A DNA stretch of 64,000 nucleotides from Psammoneis japonica (Eukaryota). Under the pieces are notes generated by a model. The model was not told where the DNA came from. It ran no database searches and worked only from the letters and a program-made list of their open reading frames with translations. Below, in pieces: positions 36,775-48,976 of this stretch (position 1 is its first letter; each line of letters begins with the position of its first letter). The stretch lies in assembly GCA_008632985.1 (NCBI GenBank), contig QPGO01000262.1, positions 1 through 64,000 on the forward strand. The letters are read 5' to 3'. The position numbers and the translations under genes are program-made.

Positions 36775-37864
36775 TTATACACGCTGCTTCTTTGCTACTG
36801 GAGATCCGTCGGCAATGTCGTTGTTGTCTTGCTCGTTATCACTCCAATCATCCTTCTCATTGTTCGATCCACCCTGTTCGTCTTCGGATTCCGACGACGA
36901 TTCCTTGTCCCAGTCCTGGTAAATGATGAGAGAGCAATAGGCGCATAATATAAGAATACTATTCAAGAACTACAAAACACTACTGCATACAGAAAGACCA
37001 CGACCAACAATCACCATATATTACCTTGAGTTTGGAATTCATCATGTAATCATCCGAAAAGGCATTCCACTTTTTCGTCTTGGTGGTGTCAGATGCGTTG
37101 GCTATCGTTGTTTCGTTTGTAGTAGCCTTGTTTTCAACTTGAGGTTGCTGTTGATTGGCTGCTTTGGTTTTGATCATGTCGAGAAAGCCGTGCTTGGTCA
37201 GTTTGGGTGTTGTTGCTGACGACTTTGTAGCAGTACTAGTACTAGCACTAGCAGTTTCACTCTTTTGTTGTTGTTGTTGCTGCTGTTGATGTTGTGCAAT
37301 GGCGTTGAACAGTGCCACAACACCCCGCGTTGCGACACGACGATAAAGCCGTTCCTCTTGCAACTCTTGGACCAAATTGCTGCTTTTGCTTTCGACATTC
37401 ATAGTGGTGGCTACCGATAGCGGTACATGTAGAGCTTGCAAATTGCGTTGACGATTCAATTTACGTTTTTGATCTTGTTCTCGTTTCAATTCTTTTTCCT
37501 TTTTCAATTGGCGTTGCAGAGGAGTGGTTGTTTTGGATAAAACGACAGTGCTCATGCTGTTTGATTTATTCGATGAATGCACAGGAGCACCCAAGATTCG
37601 AGCCATGGCACCCGCCATTCCCAACGACTGTTTCTTACTTGTCATTGTGTCGTCGAATTCATCCTCTTCATCGATTGATTCGTCGTCACTTTCGTTGTTG
37701 CTATCTGATTTATCTTGTTGTTTTTGTTCCGACTCGCTCTCTTCTTGATCTTCTTTCTCACTTTCGCTTTCTTCTTCACTGGAACCCGCAAATCGATCCA
37801 GATCCTCTGGTTCAACCGCTTGAGGCTTTTGCTTTTTATTCTTCTTCTTGTGAGAAAGCGCCAT
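36775..37864 (-). CDS. RRP15: Ribosome biogenesis protein RRP15
   Basis: RRVATRGVVALFNAI motif, acidic N-terminus and FLDMIK. Intron 36916-37024, then DWDKE... Confidence 0.88.
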
Positions 37865-39379
37865 GGTGGAAAGGTATCTTCCTCTTACTGTCTCTCGTTT
37901 CTTGGTTTTTGTTGCACAAAAAACAGAAAAAATGAGTGGCGGACGTGCAGATCGGTGTCACTTTGTCTGTTCACATCGGTTTCCCGCCAATTTCACTTTC
38001 CTCCTCAATGTTCATTTCAGAATGAAGTGTCTGTGCACGGACACTCAAACGCATCGAAAACAAGCCCTTCGGGGGGCACTGACCACGGCAAGTGTGCTGC
38101 CAAAGTTGCTGCTTTTGCACCGTCAATGCCCTTCACTGTGACAACGAGTCCTGCACAATGCAGCAGACAGTTTTTGTCCAAAATGTTGAAGGTTCTCGCA
38201 CATCTGGCGCTTGCCTCGTCAGAGCAAAACACTTGCTTGCAGTGTTGAAGTGCTCCAGCCCCAGGTGGGGGCTTGCAGTGCTGGCATGCAACACAGCTGT
38301 TCTTTGACATCCACTGTGTGTTTTGCACGCACATTTCTGCACGCGATGCAGCACCCCAGATGCTGGCGGAGAAATCAGCGCAACTTTGGGCCCACACAGA
38401 TTCTGTGTGTGAGCTCTGCAGCAAAATTGCCAGGTGATGAACGCGCCAATGATTGCCAACAGAAAAGGCGCAACTTTGCAAATGCACAAACTCATCCATG
38501 ATTGGAGTGCTCAATCTGCAACACAAATGACCTGCATGAGCTGTGCCGCAAAGGAGGTTGGCAGCTGTTCGCAGAAAAACAAAAGACCTCGCAGTGCCTC
38601 GCACCATGAAAATCTGGCTCAAAAAAGTTCCTGAGCACTGTGGTTTTTGCAACACAACATCAACAAGTGCTTTTGCATGTGTGGTGCAGAAGAGAGAGAG
38701 CATGTTGCAGACACAACTTTGTCACCTTTGCCAATTTTGCGCAAGCTTTGGCAACTTTGGCACCTTTGCTGACTTTGTGCAAACTTTGACAACTTTGTCA
38801 ATTTTTCTGACTTTGTCAAATCTTGTCAAGTTCAGCAACTTGGGTCTGCGGGAAATTGCCATTTTTGCCACCTGCGTGTCAAAATTGATGAGAGTCGCAC
38901 CTGCCAGCACAAAATCTGTCAGACAAGACAAATTTGTTGCCGACACCACCTCGCAGAAAAGACATTTTTAGACACAACTTTTGATGCAAAAAACTGTGTG
39001 AGACAAAAAAACTGTGCAAAGACTCAGATGTGTGCTGGCAAAAATGTCCCAATTTTTGCATTGTGCGGGAATCTGCCAGGCCTTTGCATGCAAAAGAACC
39101 CGCGCGCACATCTCACAAATGTGTGACACAACTTTCAAAATGCACATCCGGGCAACATTTTTTTGGAAGTCTTGCAGAAATTCTAAAAATGCCCGGATGT
39201 GCACTTTCGAAACTGTGGCACAACTTTGATTTGTGTGAAAAGTTGTGTCAAAGTTGTGTCAAAAATGTGCAAGCTCATCATGCAGAAAAAGTGTGCATGC
39301 CGCTGGCATTGCAAACGGTCAAAACCCACAGAGATTCTCTGTTTTTTGCTCAAAAACATGATTTCCTGCAGACCCTTTG

Positions 39380-39820
39380 TCAAGTTTTGCACCCAAAGTT
39401 GGTGTGCCAAGTTTTGCTCCAACGTTGGCATGCTGAGTTTTGCCCCAAAGTTGGCATGCCGAGTTTCACCCCAAAGTTGGCGTGCCAAGTTTGCCAAAAG
39501 GTTGTGGTCTGAGTTTGGCTCCAAAGTTGGTGCAACAAGTTTTGCAGCAAAGTTGGCATGCCAAGTTGGCATGCCAAGTTTGGCTTCAAAGTTGGGCATG
39601 CCAAGTTTCGTGTTGTGCACCAAAGCTGTTGTGCCGAGCTTTGCTCCAAAGTTGACATGCCGAGTTTTGCTTCAAAGCTGGCATTTGTCAAGTTTGGCAG
39701 CTTTGTCAACTCTTCTGACTGTGGCAACTTTGTTGGCTGTGGTGACTTTGTTGACTTTCTTGACTTTGTTGACTCTGGCAAACTTGGCAAGTTTGGTGAC
39801 TTCCTCAACTTTGCTGACTT
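39380..39820. repeat. Degenerate ~28-bp (ccaaagttggcatgccaagttttg) and 9-bp tandem arrays
   Basis: Repeated ccaaagttggcatgcc blocks at 39392-39680, followed by degenerate tttggcaac/tttgttgac units. Similar degenerate units occur at 38745-38830. Confidence 0.7.
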
Positions 39821-41633
39821 GGGGCCTCAGCACACGCAGGAGTCCTTGTGAGGAGTGCAGCAGGGGACACATCAAAAAGGAGACAATTGCGCAAATGCAC
39901 AGACTCGCCCATGGTTGAAGCACGTCATTTTTTGCTGAGCCTGCGGTGCTTTTCAAACATTGAGGAATGCACCCAGAACACAGTTGTCAACATTTCTGCA
40001 CGAATTTTCCAACCATCAACTTTTTCTGGTTTTGGCAAAGTCCAATGTCAACAGAAGGTGAGTTCCCACAAATCCACTTGGTCCCAGCCCATTGCATGAA
40101 GCGACCTCTGTTGCAATTTTTTTGTCCTTTTCAAGAGACTTCTGTGCAAATTTCACCCTTTCAATTTTTGCTTTCTTCATTTTGATGGGATGTTGATGGG
40201 GCAAGATTTGTGTGCCCCACTTGTGGAGAAATCTCCTGAGCACCATGTGACAGCTCCCTTTTGGCTCAGTTCAAGAATGACTGCACAGAGGAGCAAGCAT
40301 CAGCCCCCCTCTTCCAGCGACTCTGAAGACTGTGATGGTGATGAAGAAGAGGCCACTTCTTCTGATCAATCACAGCGCAGCACAGGGAAAACATGGTTGC
40401 CTCTGGCAGCGACTCTCTCTCTTTGTGGATGATGCGCAGAATGTTCAAAGCCACCAGACAGCTGCGCTTGTGTCAGCGCTTGCACATGCAGCCACAAACA
40501 ATCAAAACATTTGAGCTCAGGGGCACAATTTTGAATCCATGACACTTTTTTCAAGTCAAGAGAAAATGCAAAAAACAACAAGCAAGTGTCGCCATGATGG
40601 CTCAGAGACAGACCAATCTGAGTGAGCAGATGGCCGGCAATCAAAAGGCTGGCAGAGACATCATCAAGGTGAGAGATCACATCAAAGAAGATGTTTTTCT
40701 GAGGCTCGGTCTACAGGTGAACCGCGCCGGATCGGATCGACGGATCGGATCGCGTCAGAATTCCGTCAGTCGACAGGTGGAACCGGATCGGATCGCGGAT
40801 CGGATTCGACATTTTGATGAGTCGCAAAACGACATAAGTTTCAAGATTCCAAACTCCCAAGAACAACAAAAAAGCGCTGACAACAGCGAACAGCAAGAAG
40901 TGTGGCCATGATGCTTCACATCTTGTCATAACGTGACGATATGACGACAGAACCATACTGTTATTACTGCTATACATACATATGAGACCGCATCATTGAG
41001 AATCGTTGTCACTCAGTGTTCGCAGCAACGCTAAGGAAGAAAAAGCTATCACTTTTGTAATTAGGAAACTAATGCAAATGTTTTCGTATTGAAATTTCGA
41101 ATTAAATAATAAATACTTGTTATTTTGCTTATTCAATGTTTCTCCAACAAATCTATACGGCATTATCGGTTTGACAAGCTATTCTATTGCCATGCGACCT
41201 TTCTCATCGTCATTTCGAGCATGGGAAGACTTTGACTATAATGCTCAGAATGTTCCTTGCCCTTATGGCTGAATCTTATGCCGTTCTGTGTCATAATCGT
41301 GTGATGTTGTGCCATTGTCGTGATGACGGCACGGAATCTTCAAAAATTGGATCCGACATCCGATCCGGATTTTCGGATCGGACCACCCCTGTGGTAGGGG
41401 AGAATATGGTGATGTCATGGTTACGTGGCAGTTTATATCTCATTCATTATATTTTTGTATAAATGTCCTCACATTTATTTGTGCATTTGCACACAAATGC
41501 CAACAGTGACAGGAAAAAATCCTGAACCACATTCTCCCCTAAAACTCCAACCACCAAAAACCGAGGGGTCGGAAGCGCACTTTTGGGAGCTCTTTTTCTC
41601 CGCACAAAAAACACGCGTTTTGACAACTCGACC

Positions 41634-43612
41634 ATGACGACCTCCCGTTCTTCGTCCCCTGCACCTGACCACTCCTCCGTCCACACATGTGCCGAACCGC
41701 CTTCTTCTCCCGTTTCTGCTGACATGCATGGCATGTTTCCTTCTAGCGGGATGCATCAAATTTTGGGTGACCAACATGCTGCTGCTGCACATGATGTTCA
41801 CACGGATGCTGCCGCTTCTGGCCAAATTGACGGCACCTTTTCCGACGACGCTGCCTCCGTGTCCATCTTGCGGGTCTCTCTTGATGTCTTCCAAAAGGCT
41901 CCGCATGCTTGGCAGAGCGACACATCACGCCGTGCACTTCAAACAGGTCCCACTCGTCCCGCGCAACCTTTGTTGCTTGTCCGCCCCACTGGTGGTGGAA
42001 AGTCCCTTGTGCGAGACATTGTTGGTGTTTGCCTCAAGGGTGTCATCCTTACGATCATTCCCTTGTTGTCCTTGGGCTCGGATCAATGCCGTAAAATCAT
42101 GAACCGTGCCATGCAACATCCATCACACGGTCCTGTTGCTTCCTTCCATTTGGGTGAAGCACTCCAAAATCCATTGTGCATGCAGGCGTTTTGTTCTTTG
42201 ATGCAACGTTTGCCAGTGGCGGTTCGTGGGACGATGTTCCTTTTTTGTTCGCCTCAGTTGCTTGTGTCTGATGAGCGGCTTGTGAATCTCATTCTGAGAT
42301 TTGCATCCAACGGATTGCTGCGGCTCCTGGCCTTGGATGAAATTCATCTGTTTGTGAGTTTCGGGCTTTCTTGTCGGGTGGAGTTTCAACAACTTCGCAA
42401 CATCTTTTTCCGTCACATTCAGCGGTGTCCCATTCCATTCCTCCTGATGACGGCGACCTGCACTGTGCGTGCCGTCTCGTCCATGGAGGGTTTGATTGGA
42501 TTCAAAATTCAAGACTGCTGTTGGCCACCTCCCTGGCACATGATGCACAGGAATGTTTCGTTCCTTGTTTCTTGCAGTGACCGCCCATTCACGGTGACAT
42601 CCAATGTGCTGGCTCCGTTGCTGGGTGCTGCAACTGACGCGACCAAATGTGTTGTGTGCTCCAACCGCCACACAAAAATTGAATCCTTCCAAACAAATCT
42701 TGAGATGTGGCTGGATCGCAGCGATGCATGCCATTTGTTGGACGTCATTTCGCTGGTTGGTGCGCTCACCAAGGAACAAAAGGCTCACCACATTTCAACA
42801 TTCATTGAAACAGATACATCCGCACCGGACGCTCCCTGTCGACCTCGGTTTCTTTGTGCTGCAAGTGGTGCTTCCAATGCCGGCATCGATTCTCAACACA
42901 TTGCCGGTGTTTTCCGAATCGATTTCCCTCCGTCCATCATTGACATGAATCAAGAGAAAGGCCGAGCTGGACGCAGTGCGGCTTTGTCTGGTTGCTTCTA
43001 CCAAGCTTTCATTTCTCTTGAAACTTTTCTTCATTTGTTCCTTCGCATCACAGACCCGGCAGAAAAAAGGTCTCGCGCGAAGCACGGCAAAACGAGCTTC
43101 ATGACTTGATGCAGGTTCTCCGTCTGCTTGTTTTGCCCGTTTGTTGCCATCAAGCGTCCTGGGAGGTGCTGCATTCTCATCCGACGTGTGCAAGGATGGT
43201 CGACCCCCGTTTTTTGAATCCGTGTGGAGCCTGCACCTGTTGTCACGGAAAACACTTGGATCTCTGTCCCGCTTTGAATCGTCCGGGCGTTGTGTCCATG
43301 CCATTTAATGTGTTCGTGCATGGCGAACATGCAACCCGGAACCTGCGCCTTGTGGATGCGGTTGTCGATGCTGTTTGCCGGTTCCCCGGCGCACCAGCTT
43401 TGTTGTTCCGAAGCTCTGTGGCAAAGGTGGAGCCCAAGGTGGTCAAGCAAACCATCTTGGTTCTCATTGCGGCTGGCGTGCTTGTTTGCGAGCCCGCTGA
43501 GGACGAATCCGACAAGCATTGCATGACGTTAGCCCTTGCATTGGTTGCACCCGGCGCTGCAGAATTTGCAATGCATCACGATTCGTTTTGGGATTACATC
43601 CGCACCAAATAA
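41634..43612 (+). pseudogene. RecQ-like SF2 helicase of the AcademH element (one frameshift near 43065)
   Basis: Motifs PHAWQ, VRPTGGGKSL, IIPLLSLGSDQ, DEIH, MTAT, GIDS and QEKGRAGR. A Cys-rich Zn region follows the frameshift (PVCCH..PCGACTCC). Confidence 0.85.
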
Positions 43613-43659
43613 GAACAGTGGCAGTGTCACCTGCAACAGTTGTGAGTGATTGACAAACA

Positions 43660-46600
43660 TTGTCACACAAGCGATCGCAGACGATCAAATGCTTCTTGTG
43701 GCATTGCATCAACTTCTTCACCGGTGTTTTCACGAAACAAGGGATCCTTCAATGATTCCCAAAGTCTTTCCTCACGTGCTTTTGCCCGATGTCATGTCTG
43801 TTGTAAATTTTTCTTTTCCATTTTTTCTTTGCCTGCTTCGAAGACGTTCTTGAATCCAAGGACGTTCACCGCGGCCTGTGTCATTTTGCCTGTGTTGCGA
43901 TTGCCCACTTTTACATCAACCGTCTCCGACACAAACACAGACGCACCTTGTTCCACTTCATCTTCCGTCTCCTCCTCCGTTTCCTCCGCCTCATCATCAT
44001 GAAGCGCGCCAATCATCATGGGATCCATTGTCACCAATGCACCAGGCTCATTGACATCATCATCCGATGTGTGGCTTGCTTGTGCCAGCCCCTCGAGCTC
44101 TTCCGCCATTGAAGCCGCAGCTCCTTCCACACGTGTCTCGTCCTCGTTCCCGTCATTGTCGTGTGTCGCATCCGCCACCGACGACAGCAGCATCTCTTCC
44201 TCCGTCCGACAGTCTTCTAGCCAACGTTCCATCCTTTCGTCTTCTGTCTCCGCGTTCAATTCGGTCGTGAGGTTGGGCAATTCCTTCCAAAACAAATCCC
44301 GGCTGTATCTGCGTCCAGGGATTTCTGCTGTGGCTTGTGTCAAATGAAGCAACTCGGCCACCAACTGCTTCTCAAGCACTCGGCTTGGCACTGACGTGGC
44401 CTTCTTTCGGTTGTCGCTGTCACGCTTGGGGTCGTTGTCCTGCAGGTCCACGCATTTGCGCTCAAACGTCTCGCTGTCTGCCAGCCCAGCGTGTTCATTG
44501 GACGAGAACTGGATGCACTTGGCAATCATCGCTACATTGCCAGAGTGCGTCTTCCAACCTTCGATTGTGTTCTGGAAATTCATCTTGTGGCAATGCCGTT
44601 GCATCAACTCCATCAATCCATCCAGGGCCCAGCATGCCATGGGGTTGCCGGACCGGTCTGTGCCCTCGTAAAGAGGGTGGGCGCGGTTTGCTCGCATCAT
44701 TTGCAACACTTCAAAAGGTGGCTTGCCACACAACTGTTCAATGGTTTCGACGCCAATGTCAAAATAGTGCGTCTTGCCTGCTGCCAAGAAGACAGGATTG
44801 AACGAGTTGTGCAGCCACTCGATCATGACGGCATCGCCACACCTCACCGACGCCTGGAACAAACGACAACAGTGAATCAGTTTTGCATGTTGCAGCACCA
44901 TGCAAAACACTTCATCGGCAGTCGTCGATGTGGCTCTGTCCACCCACGCCATGTGTCGCTCGGATGCAAACAAAGCACATTCGCTGGGTCCTTGTAATGC
45001 GATCCACTGATTGCACAATTCGTTGTCATTCAACAGCACAGTGCAAAAGGTGTTTGTGAGTTGACGTTCTGCTTCGGCGCCCAACATCATGGCCATTGCA
45101 GCGGCTTGTTGGTGGCACTTTGTCACGTCTGTTCCACGGATCCGCTTCCACCCCAGTGCAGCTTGGAACGGCTGCAGCAATGACCCGCAGCACAGAGCAC
45201 AAATGGCACCCAAAAAATGGAAGCCGCCTCCATGCAGATCACCTGCAGAGTTGATGACCTGCCCCATCGCCTTTTCCAACACGCCAGCGGCAACATGCCG
45301 GTCCACGCAGCTGTGCGCCGAGGCCTGCATCAATTCCCGGAAGGACTTGACTCGCATCTGAGACAGTCCATCACCCACCACCATCAACCAACGTGTCCGG
45401 CAGTCGTCAGCAAGGGCCAGGTCTTGCACAGCCTCGCCCGAAACACCACGGGAAGACGTCGCCTCAATGATGTTGAACAGTTGCAAAAGGCCCAATGCCA
45501 CCTTACCCGTGCCCTTGTCAGTGGTTTCGTCCTCACAAGAGACAGCAGGAATCATGACGGAAACCCGTTTTGGCATGCCCCGCCAAATCTGCGCAGCACG
45601 ACGTTGGAAATTTCGACAAGACTGGCAGAACCCCCGAGGCACGCGATTCGGAGACAGCCTGATTGTGACGTTCAGGGATTTCATGGCGTCTACACCAGTC
45701 GCATTCTGAAAGGCAAAGACGGTGTCTCGGTCACGAGGAATGTAGTGGCACTGTGTGTGAGCCATGGACGCCAAGCGAACAACACTCGAGCACCGAGAGA
45801 CACGAGTGCCTGTGGAATCCACACTGTCAAAGAATGCGTCAAAGCACTGGACGTCGATGATGCGGGCATTGTTGGCCAGCGTTGGTTCAACAGTGTCATG
45901 GGCCGGCATCCCGAATGGCAATGGTGTCGATTGATCGATGCAGGTGACAACAGTCGGAGGCGACAGGGCCGTGGGGCAAGCGTCAAATCGAGGTGGCACG
46001 CGCGGCTTTACAAACATGCGAGACGTAGTTTTGGTCACCGCGGCGGATTTACCCTGGCGTTGACATTCAAGGCTACCAACGATCTGAAACCAAAGAGTCG
46101 CCAAGGCAAAGTGCGTAAAGCAAGTGCTCAAAGGGCAATGGTCACTGCCACACAGTGTGTCACTTGCCTGAGAATTGTCAAAAATGGCAATTCCAAAGTT
46201 GCCGGAATCCTTCAGGGTCTCATTGGTTTCCAAAAGGACCGTGGCGCAGTTGGCAAAGGGACGCATCTTGCGCAAAAGAGTGCTCTGATGTGCCAACTGG
46301 CCAAAGCAAACAGACATCTTGGAACGAGACGCAGAATCAAAAGAGCCACAGGAAGCAGCAGCGTTGCAGCATGCCCACCATGTAAATGCTTTGGGGTTCC
46401 GGATGCACATGATCGACATGAAGACGCAAAAAACAAATTGATCCCAGACAGGAAGCAAGTGTTGCACGTGAGAGTGTTCTTTGCGAGCCTTGCAGCTCAA
46501 CAATGAGCTGAGAACAATGTGATGCCGCGGCATCATTTCACGAAACCGCTTTGCCATGTCGGTCAGGGCAACTTGAGACAGAATGGGAGAAGTTGATTTG

Positions 46601-47964
46601 ATGAATCGACTGGAACAGGAATGCATGGCATCCTCACACTCCGTCTCTACAAAATCACAAAAGGACTTCAATGCTTGGTCATCTGAATCAATGGTGAAGA
46701 GTCGCCCAATCCAGTCAGTCGAAATTTTGCCAGACTTGCAGTGCACCAGTTGAGCGTCCTTTTCGTTTTTAAGCAAAACCATGTCATGCTCACAACAAAG
46801 AACATGAACCACGTGGCCATCCCCGCACAGCTCCTGCAGATGTCGGTTCATCATGGCGGCGCGACGCTTTGTGTCCTTCATTTTCTTCAATTGCGTTGCA
46901 ACGTTGCCCGTGCGAGGGGATGCCGCCCACAACTGGAATGTGGTTACATTGTGGAACACATCCGAATGCTTTAACTCACATGAAGGAGCATCAGGGAGAG
47001 CGGCAGGCACAGCACCAATGCCGCCACCGCCGGCGGAAGTGCACAGATGGGAAACTTCGGATGGCGTCAAATCAGGTTTGATGAGTTTCTCCCGTGATGG
47101 ATTGGAACACACCGTCATTTCAACACTGCAGAAAAAGCTGTTGTACATCCGAACCGCCGAAGAATGGCACTTTGCATGGACGGACCGGAGGAGTGGTTGC
47201 CACGTTAAATGGAAGGTGGGATGCGATGGCGATGCAAGCACAACGAATTTGGTTCCAACTTGTAGCCTGATGACATCTTCCAGCATTGAACGCCGATGGC
47301 CGGAAGAAAGAACAGATGGCACAGTGTCCCACGGTGTGCCCGGGAAGTGGCGGCGGCGCTTGTCATTGCGAAGACGTCTTGGTTTCTGCAATTCCGATTC
47401 CGTGTTGCAGGAACGAGCAGGAAGCTTCCTGTCACCAGCAGAGGAGCTTGACGGTCGCCGCTTTTCATCAGATGGGTCAAGCTGAATGTCAAAGTTGTGC
47501 ATGGCCTCCTTGACAGCATGCAAGGCATTGGGCGGAGAGAAGGAAGTGGCCGAGCAATCTGCATCAATGACAGGATCACGGAGAAAAGCAAGCATCGTAT
47601 CTTTGAACAACTGAACCTTGACGTCGGTTTGTTGCTTTTGTTTTTTGACCTGTTTTCGGAGCTGCACCCCAGACCGTTTGAGAGAAGGCTCATCTGCACC
47701 TTCCACAACACGACGATGCGAACGAGAATCCAGTTTCTCCAGGGACGCAATGACAGGAGTAGACCAATCACGGTGCTGTGTTTGTGTTTCAGGCACAGGA
47801 TCCGGCGAACAGAAGCCCAAATCCTCCGGATGGCAAATCGGCTGTGTTTGGGTAACGACAGCGGGTGCAACGGTGCCGGCCAATGCAGGAGGGACTGCCG
47901 CATCAGATGTGGCAGGCGGGGATGCGTCAGGTGGTGTGGGGGACAAAGAACGGGAGGTCGTCAT
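43660..47964 (-). pseudogene. Academ-type (DUF6589-like) DDE transposase
   Basis: Motifs IAIFDNSQ, VVGDGLSQMR, GDLHGGGFH, FLAAGKTHY and ALDGLMELMQ. There is an in-frame 84-bp relic intron at 46084-46167 and a premature TGA at 43792. Confidence 0.78.
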
Positions 47965-48195
47965 GGTCGAGTTGTCAAAACGCGTGTTTTTTGTGCGAAG
48001 AAAAAGAGCTGCCAAAAGTGCGCTTCCGACCCCTCGGTTTTTGGTGGTTGGAGTTTTGGGGGAGCTGTGGAACAGGAATTTTTACTTGTGGAACACACAC
48101 ATTCGTGTGGATGTTAAGATTGAAACTCAACGCACGGCGAAGCCGTGCGCGCACAACCACGCACACACACACACAGCTCCCCCACCACAGGGGTG

Positions 48196-48247
48196 GGATC
48201 GGACGGTCTTCGGAGCAAAGTGTTTTGCTCCGAAGACCGTCCGATCC
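48196..48247. repeat. Perfect 24-bp hairpin in the Harbinger-type element at the AcademH insertion site
   Basis: ggatcggacggtcttcggagcaaa-gtgt-tttgctccgaagaccgtccgatcc. Confidence 0.92.
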
Positions 48248-48976
48248 GAGATGGCGGATCAGTCCCACGAAGGCCACGGATCGACTTTTTGACTCGATGG
48301 ACTGACATTTTAATGGGTCATGAAGGAGTCGATCCGGCGATCCAATCTGGCTCGGTTCACCTGTAGATCGAGCCTGAGCACTGCACTCATGCTTGGTGCA
48401 AAACATCTGGGCAAAGAAGCAGGCACACTGCACAAAGACAAGTTTTGCTGCAAGCTTCGCTGGGAAATTGATGCTGAGCAAGATGCCAAGCCAACACCAG
48501 CAGCAGCCATTTCTGATGACACAGGGGCATGACAAGATGAAAGAGCAACTCTCAGCCCTGACAGATGTTCAAACATGCTGAGAGCATTGCTCCAACAAGG
48601 GGCTCATCAAAAAGGGGGCCATCACAAAGAAGAGAAAGTTTGCAAAATGACTCAAGCACTTTGTGCCAATTGACTCAAGCCCAGCAAAAGAAGGCACAGA
48701 AGATGATGCAGGATGCCAAAGAAAAGCAGGGGAATGAGTTGCCAAGATCCAACAAGTTCTTTGAGGAGCCAGCCATGGAAAATCACATGACACATCACAA
48801 CCAAGTCCCACGGAGAACAAGCTGGGGAAGGACTTGCTGATTTGGGTGACAAGCGAGACAACATGGTGAGCTGCCCCAAAGACAAAAACCCATGAGTGGA
48901 ATTTTTTTTTGTTCAATGCAAGGATTCTTCCATTGCAGAAGCTGTGCTTTAGAAGGCCACTGTCAAATTGAGCATT

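Larger units (their letters stand above)
41384..48195. mobile_element. AcademH-like DNA transposon (6812 bp; 9-bp TSD GGATCGGAC)
   Basis: TSD at 41375-41383 and 48196-48204, terminal IR CACCCCTGTGGT(A/G)GGGGAG, and inner IRs at ~41515-41660 / ~47938-48083. It encodes a convergent RecQ helicase and a DUF6589-like transposase. Confidence 0.88.
40703..48374. mobile_element. PIF/Harbinger-type non-autonomous element (~0.85 kb of own sequence; TSD TGA) carrying a nested AcademH
   Basis: tga|GGCTCGGTCTACAGGTGAACCGCGCCGGATCGGATCG ... CGATCCAATCTGGCTCGGTTCACCTGTAGATCGAGCC|tga. The 3-bp TNA TSD lies in a C-TNA-G site, and GGATC subterminal repeats are present. Confidence 0.8.
40594..48540 (+). pseudogene. 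Degraded ORF, possibly copia-type gag, interrupted by the nested insertions
   Basis: Removing 40703-48377 rejoins ...IKEDVFL|STALMLGAKH... in frame, resembling the diatom copia gag motif AFLLGAD. Confidence 0.4.

Noticed and set aside
41634..43612. Host or bacterial RecQ gene (horizontal transfer)
   Set aside because: It is enclosed by TIRs and a TSD together with a transposase, and is mutated like the other repeats.
40703..48374. Outer GGCTCG TIRs as the ends of the helicase transposon
   Set aside because: An inner TIR pair with an exact 9-bp TSD (41384-48195) defines the element; the outer pair belongs to the host MITE.
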